The notes beneath the pieces were generated by a model. That model saw nothing but the letters and a program-made list of their open reading frames with translations. It was not told where the DNA came from and did not search any database. The position numbers and the translations under genes were made by a program. A stretch of 64,000 nucleotides of DNA from Lytechinus pictus. Its lineage: Eukaryota. Positions within the stretch are counted from its first letter, which is position 1. Every line of letters starts with the position of its first letter. Where the stretch lies: NCBI RefSeq assembly GCF_037042905.1, contig NC_087250.1:12278001-12342000 (forward strand). The letters are read 5' to 3'. Positions 49,701 through 59,603 of this stretch are shown one piece after another.

Positions 49701-52700
49701 CATTACTTAGACTGTTCCGAGATTTCCTTATTCTTATCTGCTCATGTAAAAGATTCCTAACGTTTCTCACTGGCTGACTTTAGAATGTACATTTTTTTTA
49801 TTACGACCTCTGGTATAGGCACATTCACCTGACCTAACCCTGGCACTACCGCCTGGCCATACCTGTGAAACAACTTGTATCGTTCTATTATATGTCCATC
49901 ATATTAAGGAATTTTAATTTTTCTATATTTAATTTTGGCTTGTTCAGTTCCTCCAGTTACGGACGCCTGATCGATGTTTTAAGGTGGTGATGTGCGGGGA
50001 CTCTGGGGTCGGGAAATCAAGCTTCGTGCAAAGGTTCTGCCACAACAGCTTCTCGGTAAACACACAAGTTACGATAGGTAAGTCATAGAGTACCAAAGCG
50101 ATGACGTCAGTTGTCATGGTGTCATGGCGGCCTGGTTCTAAACAAATGAACCCGCCGAATAAAAGCGTGTGTTTCTCATAAGAGAAAATGGCTGCTATCA
50201 GAATTTGATCGCTTGCAACCTATTTTTCAGACGAGCCACAGTCATTTGCAAATACAAATGTGTACAGGCGATCGTCAGCTGCGACTCTGTTTAGAACCAG
50301 CCCGCCGCCACCATGGCAACTGACGTCACACATCTGTATAGGGGTTGTATCATGGTCAGACTGTTTTAAAGTTGATGATTCCGCACCACAAGAGATAAAT
50401 TTCAATTCAATCTATCTATTTAATTCATTTCCGTTGAAGCATATTACCGAGTAATATAAATTAGATACAAAGTATAAATGACTCGACAGTTCAAAGAAAA
50501 GCAAAAAGTAAAGCAGAATAGAATAGACTTTATAACGTAATTATATTCAGTATTTAAATCAATGTATCTTGATATTACCAATCATATCATTTTTTTACAT
50601 CTGTAAGTTCAAATAAAGGATACCGACCACTTTTCTATCTGCCATTTGCTTCAAATTCCGTTTATTTTAAACTATGGATTAATCCGAGATAATCGTGAGT
50701 ACTAAGTATACTCTCCCTTTCTTTACTAATACAATTTACTTCTTTCCATTCAGTTTGGTGAAGCTTCGCGAATCAGTGATTGTGTATCATTCCGTTCATG
50801 ATAGTTATAATGTCCATTGATACGTTGACGTTGAATTATTAATCAAATATTCTTTTGCGATATTTGGTGTATCATTTCACAGCAAGTTTTGGCATACGTC
50901 GTAAATCTTGCTTTTCATTATTTAAAGTTTTGTACAATTTAGCTAGACTTAAAAAAATCATAACTGTATCATCATTATAATTTTGTTATGTATTGTACTT
51001 TTATGTTATTTTTCTTTTATCATTTCTGCTACTATAGAGATTGGATTCCATATGAAATCACTGGTTCTTGATAATAATGTAGTTTCACTTCAAATCTGGG
51101 ACACGGCAGGACAAGAAAGGTAAGATATAAAAAAAAATCCAAACTTTAGTTCCACCTCTCCAAGATGTGCACCCTTATATCCTCGTACTTTATCTCATAA
51201 AGTGCTATGTTTTCCATTCCATTGCTTTCATTTAATTCTCCCTCCGCAGCAACATTTAAATTTTCTGTGGATTTATTGAATCGAACTAAAATTGAAATAT
51301 TTTTTGTATATATTTTTATTACAAATGTTGACATTATATATTTATCTTACAAAATGGTTTCATTTTGCAAATCAAAAGAAACGCTGATTAGGCTTTAAGA
51401 AAATCCTCTTGCATTGAGCTATTCAAACTATTTGAAGTTGTTCGGTAACCCCTTTGGTTGTACATAATGTAAATTAATTTCCAAAGAACGTATGGGATGA
51501 CACATTTCATATAGGCCATTTTAGAGAACCACTAACACACAAACCCAATAAATACGTTATTATAACATTTCGTTTGAAATACGGAATACGTCTTTATGAC
51601 TCATCTTGAAATGTTTTTATTATATTCATATATTCATTTATATTCTTGCGCATTTTCCGTTAATGTGCTGAATAACTTTTCTTTTTATTCATGCGTTTTT
51701 GTTTTTCAATGTGTGATCATACAAACAAGCCGAAAACAGCCTAATAAAATATGCAGCTGATAGCTTATTTTCTACTGGCTTCTCAATATAAAAATGGAGT
51801 ATACATGAAATATAATTTTTGCATCCCATACAGATTTCGTAGCATTCCTCATGCGTACTTTAGGAAAGCTGACGGCGTCCTTCTCCTCTACGATATTTCT
51901 TGTGAGAAATCGTTCCTCAATGTACAAAGCTGGATCGCCAGTATTAGGGTAAGTGTAAGTACACTTGCAGGCCAAAAATCAAGATCAAAACGTCATTATA
52001 ATCATTTTAATTTTAAAAATGTGATTTTTTTTTCCTCGTTAGTACGAAAGGGATGTGATGCTTAACGCTTCCTATTGAAAAACTTGTACAGTACACACCC
52101 TCATGCATTTAATTCATGTTACAACAGCAGATTTATCTGAATAACAAGGGCGATATATTGTACCCCTGTGGGACTGCCTTGCCTATATGACACTTCGATG
52201 CAGAGCTTATTGAGGGTGTAAGGATGATTGCTAGGCATTCTTTGTTCTTCTCTAATTTACCTCACCTTGGAAGAACAAGGTCTTTGAAGCTAGATCAGAT
52301 TTGAAACTGACCTATACCTATTTATGAGTTCCATAAGACGTCATATTAATTCAATTGTGTTTTATTTCGTGTTTCTCACCATTATTTTAGGAGCATGACG
52401 ATAATGCTGTCATTATGTTAACGGGAAACAAGGAGGACCTCGCATCGCCTTACCGGGAAGTCCCCCGGGACGCCGCTCTCAAAGTAGCGAGGGTGAGAAG
52501 CCTGTCTTTCATTCTTATTCATATCATTTGCGATATAATTATCTGAATCAGACTGGAGCTATGTTTACATGGGTAGTTTACCTTGACGTTATTTTGATTC
52601 GAATCAAAGCAGAAATAAGAAATTCTGAGATGAATGCTTTCTACGGTCCGTTAGATTAAACGTTTACTCGTTAAGGTGTTTCTTTTTGTGAATTATTTTT

Positions 52701-55700
52701 CTTGTACATGTATTCTCTTCTTTAAAAAATGATGTCTTTCATCCTTTAAAACAAAAGGTGATTTAAATCAGACTTAGAAAAACACACCGTCTTTTCGCAA
52801 AGATGATAATGATCATGGTGATACACTTTTTTTTTAATTAATGAAAATAGCTATACCACTATCCAGCAATATGTATTATTCTACTTCGCTACTACTTGTA
52901 ATTGGTATTAAAAGTAGAAGGGCGTTTTTCGAAAAGTACAAAGTCAATCAGTTAACAGAAGCAGATCATATTCTCGTTTCCTGAATACCTACAAAAGGAA
53001 TGGTAGGGATTACGACTTGCAATATTTTATCAAGATGAAAATGTTTTGTTACTGTTGTATGATTTCGATTCAGATTCAAATTACGTGACAGAAAAATGTT
53101 GAATCATGAATTGATTTGTTCAAAGATCACGGTGGTTAAGTTCCAATAATATATTATTTAAGAAAATAACCTTGATAAAATAACCTTGTGCGGAGCGTCG
53201 TGGCCCATTGGATTACTCTCCGGACTTTGAAACAGAGGGCAGTGGGTTCGAATCCCAGCCATGGCGTAGATTCCTTCAGCAAGGAATTCATCCACAGTGT
53301 GCTGCACTCGACCCAGGTGAGGTAAATGGGTACCGGCAGGAAGTAATTCCTCAAAAAGCTGTGTGCACCTGAATAGGTAGCCCAGCTTAGCCGGGTAATA
53401 ATAATAGCAGGGCCCGCTGGGAGAACAGTTTTCGGAACTGAAGTGGCTACCCTGGGTAGTTAATACCGTTATTATTGTTATTATTATTATTACTATTATT
53501 ATTATTATCATTATTATTATTGATGAGATTTTAATACTTCTTTACACTTACTAGGAAAACAATGCGCTGTTCATTGAAACGAGTGCCAAAAATGGAACAA
53601 ATGTATTCGAGGCCTTTGGACGTTTGGCAAGGTAAGATGACCTGATCATATCCTTCGTCACCATCAAGAGCATAATTATATACATCGTAATTGCTATCCC
53701 CTACCCATCATCACCCGTCTTTTCGCACAGATGATAATGATCATGGTCATACATTTTTTATTGTCTCACCTGCATAGCAGAGTGAGACTATAGGCGCCGC
53801 TTTTCCGACGGCGACGGCGGCGGCGGCGGCGGCGTCAACACCAAATCTTAACCTGAGGTTAAGTTTTTGAAATGACAGCATAACTTAGAAAGTATATGGA
53901 CCTAGTTCATGAAACTTGGCCATAAGGTTAATCAAGTATTACTGAACATCCTGCCTGAGTTTCATGTCACATGACCAAGGTCAAAGGTCATTTAGGGTCA
54001 ATGAACTTAGACCATGTTGGGGAATCAACATCAAAATCTTAACCTAAGGTTAAGTTTTTGAAATGTCATCATAACTTAGAAAATATATGGACCTAGTTCA
54101 TGAAACTTATACATAAGGTTAATCAAGTATCACTGAACATCCTGCATGAGTTTCACATCACATGACCAAGGTCAAAGGTCATTTAGGGTCAATGAACTTT
54201 GGCCGATTTGGGGGTATCTGTTGAATTACCATCATAACTTTGAAAGTTTATGGATCTGATTCATGAAACTTGGACATAATAGTAATCAAGTATTACTGAA
54301 CATCCTGTGCAAGTTTCAGGTCACATGATCAAGGTCAAAGGTCATTTAGGGTCAATGAACTTTGGCCAAATTGGGGTATTTGTTGAATTACAGCCATAAA
54401 TTTGAAAGTGTGTTGGTCTAGTTCATAAAACTTGGACATAATAGTAATCAAGTATCACTGAACATCCTGTGCGAGTTTCAGGTCACATGATCAAGGTCAA
54501 AGGTCATGTAAGGTCAAAGAACTTTGGCCACGTTGGGGGTATTTGTTGAATTGCCATCATATCTCTATAAGTGTATTGGTCTAGTTCATAAAACGTGGAA
54601 ATAAGAGTAACCAAGTATCACTGAACATCTTGTGCGAGTTATAGTAGTTTTCAAAATCAGCACTGCTGCTATATTGAATCGCGTGATGCAGGTGAGACGG
54701 CCAGAGGCATTCCACTTGTTGATAAAAATATCTATGCAACTATACCAACACCCTTATCACTATAGTTATGCTCATCATCATCATCACCATCATCATCAAC
54801 AATATCATAAAAAACTTCATCCCGAAAATCATCATTTTCATCATCATATTTATTATCACCATCACCACCGCATTAATCTATCATTATTTTCATCATCACC
54901 ACTATCACCATATCATTGAGGTGCAAATTTTAATTATCATAATCTCCATCGTCCTCGCTGACGTCATCAGCACTATAATCATCACCATTGTCATCACCAC
55001 CATCATCATCACCACCACCACCACTACCACCACCATCATTATTACTGTCATCATCACTACCGCCATCATCATAACCACCACCAGCACCACTACCACCACC
55101 ATCATCACCAATATTATCATCATCACCATCATCATTATCATAACCACCACCACCATCATCATCATCATCACCACCATCATCATAACCATGATCGTCAATA
55201 CCATTACGATTTGCGCCACCGTCACTGCAACTTTCCAATATGCTATTTTTAGCTACAAAATCATTTTTTCATGATCCAATCCAGGTTTCAAATGTATAAT
55301 AAAAAAAATATATATACATATGCTAAATTTGTTATATTTTTATTACTGCTCCAGGGGAATAAGTTCTTTGGAGAAAACCACAAATCCCTTGTAATAACGA
55401 ACATGGCCTATGGGAAAGTTGTCCAAACCACCTGTCATAGTCTACTCACACAGTTGCCAATTTAAAATTTACATAGTCTTTAATAGAGATCTCAATTTTT
55501 AAAAAAGTCAAAACTCTCCAAGTCCTTGTCCGATTTCTTTCATACATTCACCATTCTGTTTTGCTTATTTCCCCTCCCTCCCACAACATTTTATGTCAAA
55601 TGTGGGATCCCCTTTAAATCTAAATTTGTTCTTATCCTGCAGAGAACTTCAGAAGAAGGAAGACGACAACGTTAGTCGGGTGTATGACATGGACATTGAG

Positions 55701-55754
55701 GAACAGAACATCGCCTTCGCGCCCAAGAAAAAGCGAAAATGTTGCAACTTTTGA
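31568..55754 (+). CDS. CRACR2A: Multi-exon gene (14 coding exons found, 5' end missing): coiled-coil + C-terminal Rab GTPase, CRACR2A/EFCAB4B (Rab46)-like large Rab
   Basis: Manual splicing of 31568-31705, 34937-35027, 36539-36625, 42441-42503, 43279-43350, 45301-45416, 47445-47525, 48630-48750, 49948-50077, 51038-51119, 51834-51948, 52391-52492, 53555-53631, 55643-55754 gives one open frame of 461 aa plus stop; all introns GT-AG with matching phases. [20 protein letters not shown] and LYEEMEQ recall the CRACR2A/B coiled coil. Rab motifs [25 protein letters not shown] and terminal CCxx are present. Orthology versus Rab44/RASEF needs a phylogeny. Confidence 0.85.
34383..34633 (-). mobile_element. 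tRNA-derived SINE with MetaSINE-like core
   Basis: Minus strand TGGCTCAGTGGTAGAG … GGTTCGATCC, then GTCATACCAAAGACTTATAAAAATGG…GGCGCTCAGCAT; family name is from recall. Confidence 0.75.
34937..35027 (+). CDS. Large-Rab gene exon ([30 protein letters not shown])
   Basis: T-rich acceptor attcag, donor AAG|gtatgt; LYEEMEQ coiled-coil motif; overlaps ORF 34926. Confidence 0.9.
35047..35348. mobile_element. hAT-like MITE
   Basis: TIR CAGGGGCGGATCC / GGATCCGCCACTG; 8-bp TSD ATTCAACC. Confidence 0.85.
36539..36625 (+). CDS. Large-Rab gene exon ([29 protein letters not shown])
   Basis: Polypyrimidine tract + gcag acceptor, GAG|gtgagg donor, phase 0/0, coiled-coil composition. Confidence 0.85.
36700..37267. 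repeat. Dispersed repeat built of TTCGTCTA/TGGTCTAAT motifs; other copies near 32855-33265, 56380-56580, 57470-57570
   Basis: Recurrent short motifs in inverted arrangement and similar termini (…GAATTGGCA). Confidence 0.6.
37504..39590. mobile_element. ~2.1-kb non-autonomous DNA transposon flanked by TA
   Basis: Long TIR CACAACAAAAAAAGTAAGTCCCCCCT at both ends with TA on each side; no long ORF; contains a nested G-run MITE. Confidence 0.8.
42441..42503 (+). CDS. Large-Rab gene exon ([21 protein letters not shown])
   Basis: ttgttttacag acceptor, CAG|gtatgt donor, 63 nt, phase 0/0. Confidence 0.75.
43279..43350 (+). CDS. Large-Rab gene exon ([24 protein letters not shown])
   Basis: ttttcgtttatag acceptor, CAG|gtttga donor, 72 nt, phase 0/0; AEN motif as in the CRACR2A coiled coil. 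Confidence 0.8.
43674..44493. mobile_element. Head-to-tail dimer of a ~400-bp MITE
   Basis: Two copies (43674-44089, 44091-44493) with GAAGAG…TTGCAAAAGGGGTTAGGTCC termini and internal copies of the same motif. Confidence 0.65.
44590..44790 (+). mobile_element. L2/Crack-type LINE 3' end stub
   Basis: Stem-loop ggggacc…acaagctctgcttt…ggtctcc followed by an AT-rich UTR and a (TTGAA)n tail, the same architecture as the 8010 element. Confidence 0.65.
45301..45416 (+). CDS. Large-Rab gene exon ([38 protein letters not shown])
   Basis: gatctttcag acceptor, AG|gtatgt donor, phase 0/2, heptad pattern. Confidence 0.85.
46862..47175. repeat. (AAT/GAT)n degenerate trinucleotide microsatellite
   Basis: Direct reading; produces a spurious poly-Ile/Met ORF. 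Confidence 0.9.
47445..47525 (+). CDS. Large-Rab gene exon ([26 protein letters not shown])
   Basis: ccccttttcag acceptor, AG|gtaaag donor, phase 2/2; matches the tail of ORF 47305. Confidence 0.85.
48063..48350. mobile_element. hAT-like MITE
   Basis: Imperfect TIR CAGTAGCATACCTA / TAGGTACGCTAGTG; 8-bp TSD CCTGTGTC. Confidence 0.8.
48630..48750 (+). CDS. Large-Rab gene linker exon ([40 protein letters not shown])
   Basis: tattttcag acceptor, CAG|gtaata donor; phase 2/0 bridges the neighbouring exons. Confidence 0.75.
49500..49790 (-). mobile_element. CR1-group LINE 3' fragment
   Basis: ORF 49543-49770 contains [23 protein letters not shown], the WNxLPxxVVxAxSVxxFKxxLD C-terminal ORF2 motif. 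Confidence 0.7.
49948..50077 (+). CDS. Rab-domain exon with P-loop ([43 protein letters not shown])
   Basis: G1 motif GDSGVGKS; donor G|gtaagt; a second in-frame acceptor would start the exon at 49957. Confidence 0.92.
51038..51119 (+). CDS. Rab-domain exon with G3 ([27 protein letters not shown])
   Basis: [10 protein letters not shown] motif; actatag acceptor, AG|gtaaga donor; phase 1/2. Confidence 0.92.
51834..51948 (+). CDS. Rab-domain exon ([38 protein letters not shown])
   Basis: RabF3-F5-like RFRSI, YFRKA, LLYDI; catacag acceptor, AGG|gtaagt donor; within ORF 51751. Confidence 0.93.
52391..52492 (+). CDS. Rab-domain exon with G4 ([34 protein letters not shown])
   Basis: NKxD motif; attttag acceptor, AGG|gtgaga donor. 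Confidence 0.92.
53192..53521 (+). mobile_element. tRNA-derived SINE, full length
   Basis: A box TGGCCCATTGG, B box GGTTCGAATCC, core GCACTCGACCCAGGTGAGGTAAATGGGTACC, 3' tail GCAGGGCCCGCTGGGAGAACAG…CTGAAGTGGCTACCCTGGGT, (TAT)n. Confidence 0.88.
53555..53631 (+). CDS. Rab-domain exon with G5 ([25 protein letters not shown])
   Basis: ETSAK motif; ttactag acceptor, AG|gtaaga donor. Confidence 0.93.
53761..54720 (+). mobile_element. Helentron/DINE-type non-autonomous rolling-circle element with internal ~160-190 bp tandem units
   Basis: T-run insertion site; subterminal IR GTCTCACCTGCAT (53763) / ATGCAGGTGAGAC (54686); (GGC)n microsatellite; repeated units; ends CCACTTGTT. Shorter relative at ~19229-19633. 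Confidence 0.75.
54770..55205. repeat. (CAT/CAC)n degenerate trinucleotide microsatellite
   Basis: Direct reading. Confidence 0.9.
55643..55754 (+). CDS. Terminal coding exon: hypervariable tail with polybasic patch and CCxx prenylation motif (…[11 protein letters not shown])
   Basis: cttatcctgcag acceptor, phase 2, TGA at 55752-55754; di-cysteine terminus typical of Rabs. Confidence 0.9.
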
Positions 55755-56971
55755 TTTCAAACGAATCTACTCCAACATTCCACAGGAATACACTATTCAT
55801 ATTCACTTAAGAAACCAATATTGGTATATGCTTCTGAGATGGTCTAACACAAAATGGGCTAAACCCGTAAGCCCGTCGATATTAGACCAAATGTCCCGTA
55901 TTGTGAAGTCGGGTCTAATACCCTGCAAACAATATCGGTGTTCATAATTATAACACCAGCTCGGTATCTATAAAAGGAAACACCAGAGAGGTGTTCAAAT
56001 ACACCGCTTCGGCTTTTAGCTAACACCAGATAGGCACTTAAACAATATTGGTTTGATTCTTAACAGGTGTTGGTTTTAACACTTCTGGTGTTTTACGATA
56101 CAGATATCGGACTGGTGTTCAATCAACACCGGTGTTTTTGCAGTGTATAAGCTCTGGTCTAAAGTTGTGGTTTAACCAACGCTAGCCAGCCGTGTCCCAA
56201 ATCTCTGTTAGTTAATGTTCAATCTATCAAATCACTTGACACTCTGATTATTATAATTGTGTGGGAGTGATAACTGAAATATTTTTATTCATCATTTTCT
56301 TCATTTTGGGATATTTTGGCTTCCCATACTTTTTAGCACAGACTTAGACCGTGGTTTAACTTGAATATGGGCCAATTGGGCAAATAATGATCCAGTTGGT
56401 GTACTTGCCCTGACTTGGTCTACTATCCACCTAGGGTAATTGTCATTTATTATAATGTCCAGTTGGTCTAATTTCTATTTGATGCATGAATTATTCATAC
56501 TTGGTCGATTGAAAATATGATTCATAAACAGTTCATCTAGCCATATAGATCAAGTGATGTTATTAGACCGTGTGAATGGTAAGCCCAGCGCACACTAGCG
56601 AGTCATTTCGATCCGAATTTCAAAGAAATTGTAATAACATTTGAGATGAACATTCCAACCAATAAAATCTTAGCAATCAGAGTTCAATATAGTGGTAAGG
56701 ACTATTGACATCGAAAGTCAGTCCAGTTCGATCCTCCCTGTAGGAATAAAAGCAGATTCAATTTCCAATCGCAATAACGTCATCATCGGCTGCGACTTGA
56801 AGTCGATTTGGACTTTACTGCGACCATGTAGAAATAGTCGCAAGGCAAAATTATGATTTTATCAGTCCTAACACAATCTCGAACTTCATATAAAATAAAT
56901 GTACTTCTAGGAACCTCACATTTGAAGCAAAATGCGATTTATTAGAAAATCGCGACGCGTCGGATCGCAAC

Positions 56972-57290
56972 GGGTCGTGTGGTCCAGTGGTTAGAGAATT
57001 GGACTCATAATCGCAAGGTTGTGAGTTCGAATCTCCACTTTGATAAAAAGGCACGAGAGTAATATCGCTCGTCTATATGAAGGTCAGCCATCATGACTGA
57101 TTAACCTAGACGTAAAATGTTTCCTAGGTAATTGGTTACATACCAGCTTGGTGTTTACCAGCAAAATGCTGACCTGCCGAGTTCCTATACGGGAGTTACC
57201 AGAAACGGAAACAAAGTTAGCGCTGGGGTTTAGTCGAAACTTGGCGAGGCCTATTGAACAGTAATACGAAGAAATTTTATACAACACTGT
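56972..57290 (+). mobile_element. tRNA-derived SINE (third family); partial reverse copy at ~10690-10790
   Basis: TGGTCCAGTGGTTAG A box, GAGTTCGAATCT B box; body TGACTGATTAACCTAGACGTAAAATGTTTCCTAGGTAA recurs inverted at ~10746-10785. Confidence 0.7.
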
Positions 57291-59603
57291 TCATTATATG
57301 AACCTTGCTCCAGTTGTTTTACAGGTTAAACAACCATGCTTGATATATTGAGAATTAAATATTAGAAATTAAACTTTGTTGGTTAAGATTTTAAACAGCG
57401 ATTGTGAAAATGTTAAACAGCGTTTCTGCTGTGTATAGCATACCTGGAAAAGGCAAAACATGCAAAATGGCCTAATAGGCAATTACATGTAGACCAAATG
57501 TTTATTAGACGGACTGGTTGTAGACGAAGTGGAAAGTAGGCCAAGCGGGGGTAGACCAAGTGGCAATTCACACTAAAAACTGAAGCGCCCTCTATCTGAT
57601 TTACACACAATGCCCAGGTGCACAAAAAGTGCGAGATTGAACGTAAACTCAGGAAATTCGAACTCCAGCTTGATTTTTGGCGAATCACAAGCGTGCATTA
57701 GGCAGAAACATAAGATTATTTGGAGTTCTATTTGAATGCATGTGCTTGTGCAAATGGGATCCGGGAAAAGCTAAAACATTCCAGTAAATTATCGTAAAAT
57801 GTAATTTTCCTTGGAAAATATTGATTAAACCCCTATACGCGCCATTTCAATTAGGGAAAAAATTCTTCTTTCTGCGTTTATTTAGTGCGTCTTTACGAAT
57901 GCAACTAGATAAATGGCATGATTCAAATGCTATTCTTTACAAAAAAAATATAAAATTTTTAATTATTATTATCCATCTTATCAATAACATGTAACTTTGA
58001 CATTTCTCTTATATAAGACAATCACATAAAAATTATTAACTTTTTTTGTATATCCGACCCATAATTTTCTTCATTTTTCTTCACCTCGCTGAAATCATCT
58101 CCCGCAAATAGGTGATTGAACTACATTATTCTTTTAAATTGCCATATTGTAGTTTTGTCTTCATTTGGCTAATTGATTTTTCAAAAATACACAACAGTAC
58201 AAGTTGGGTGGTCTCATACGTGTTTTGTGGCATAATTTCGTTTAGCAAATAACATGGTAAGCTCGGTAAAATTAATAACGATTAAACCTTGTTCACATCA
58301 GATTTGCTCTTGATATTTCTTCATATTTATTTTTTTCGTCAGAATATTATGTAATAATTGCTCACTTCATTCAAACAAAAATTTGACGTGTACCGGAAGT
58401 AATTCCTCAAAAAGCTGTGAGCACCAGAATCGGTAGACTAGCGTAGCCGGGGTAATACAGAGGCGCCTTGAGCACCTAGTATTAAAAGGTGGATACGTGC
58501 GCTATACAAATCCTATATTATTTATTATTCATTTACTTGAACGAATACGTTACCATGGTTACCAGGGCCTTATGTATTATACACATACGAAATATATATT
58601 TACAATGTCATAGTATAATGTACATAGTTTGACTAATTCACATTGCCACGCATTATTATTAGTATTACGTCGTAGGTTGAATGTTGAAGCACCGATATTG
58701 CGGACTTTTCGCATTTACTACGGGGAAACTCTCTACAACGCACCAATTCTACCAATAACCAATAATAATAGCAGGGCCCGCTGGGAGAACAGTTTTCGGA
58801 ACTGAAGCGGGTTCCCTGGGTAAATATACCTGTATTATTATTATATATTATTATAATTCCTTTGAAAATGCAAATCAAATCACAATGGAGAGCTGAGAGG
58901 CTTTTGTCGAAAGTTGGTGGATCGGGACACCATCGGAATTTCTTGACTCTGGATAACGACATATTTGCAATTGTTCGTCCGATGCAAATCTTCGGATGAT
59001 CTGCTGTCCCAGTCTAACAGCTTTCGACAAAAGCCTCTTAGCTCCCCGTAGTGATTTTAATTGCATGTTCAAAGGAATCGATGCGTTGTATAGTTTCCCC
59101 GTAGTAAATGCGAAAAGTCCCTATTGTTGTAATGAAGGATGGGGGGGGGGGGGTAGCGGCGGTCAAGTTTTGAAGACTTCTGGATAAAGATTGTTATTCC
59201 AAAGATTTGGTCAGTCCGATGATTATTATTCCGATAGTGAAATATGGTTCGATAATTTTCTGTTCATTTATCCAAAATATTGCCAAGGTTCGTTAATCCG
59301 AATATTTAATAAGGTTCGTTGGTCCAAAAATGAGATCAAGTTCGTGAGGCTTATTTTGTCATTTATAATACATTCGTACTATCCATTCGTACTAACCCGG
59401 TAAACCGTATTTCATTAGCGGGCTAATGGAACTCTGGAACAGCCAACATTATTTTTTGTTCATTTTAATAAACCTTTCTCGAATAATGGCCCCGATGTTT
59501 TTTAACAACCAGCTGGTCGGATCTTGGTATATGCAATGCGTGTTTTTCGGAAAAACGAAGTAATAATGAACACATACCACGACATCCGTCACCGACGACT
59601 TAA

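Noticed and set aside
53850..54640. CRISPR-like or satellite array
   Set aside because: Units are long and similar along their whole length with no unique spacers; internal repeats of a Helentron-type element in eukaryotic DNA
54632..55274. His-, Ile/Thr- and Asp/Gly-rich ORFs (also 2564-3137, 46852-47079, 62912-63482, 21923-22465)
   Set aside because: Translations of microsatellites or purine tracts; no splice or homology support
56661..56750. AATAAA hexamers as the poly(A) signal of the Rab gene
   Set aside because: Plausible, but AATAAA is frequent in this AT-rich DNA; cannot be assigned without 3' end data
56972..57045. Possible tRNA genes here and at 53192, 13208, 34633
   Set aside because: A/B boxes are present but the acceptor stems do not pair and each runs into a repeated body and tail, so they are SINE heads
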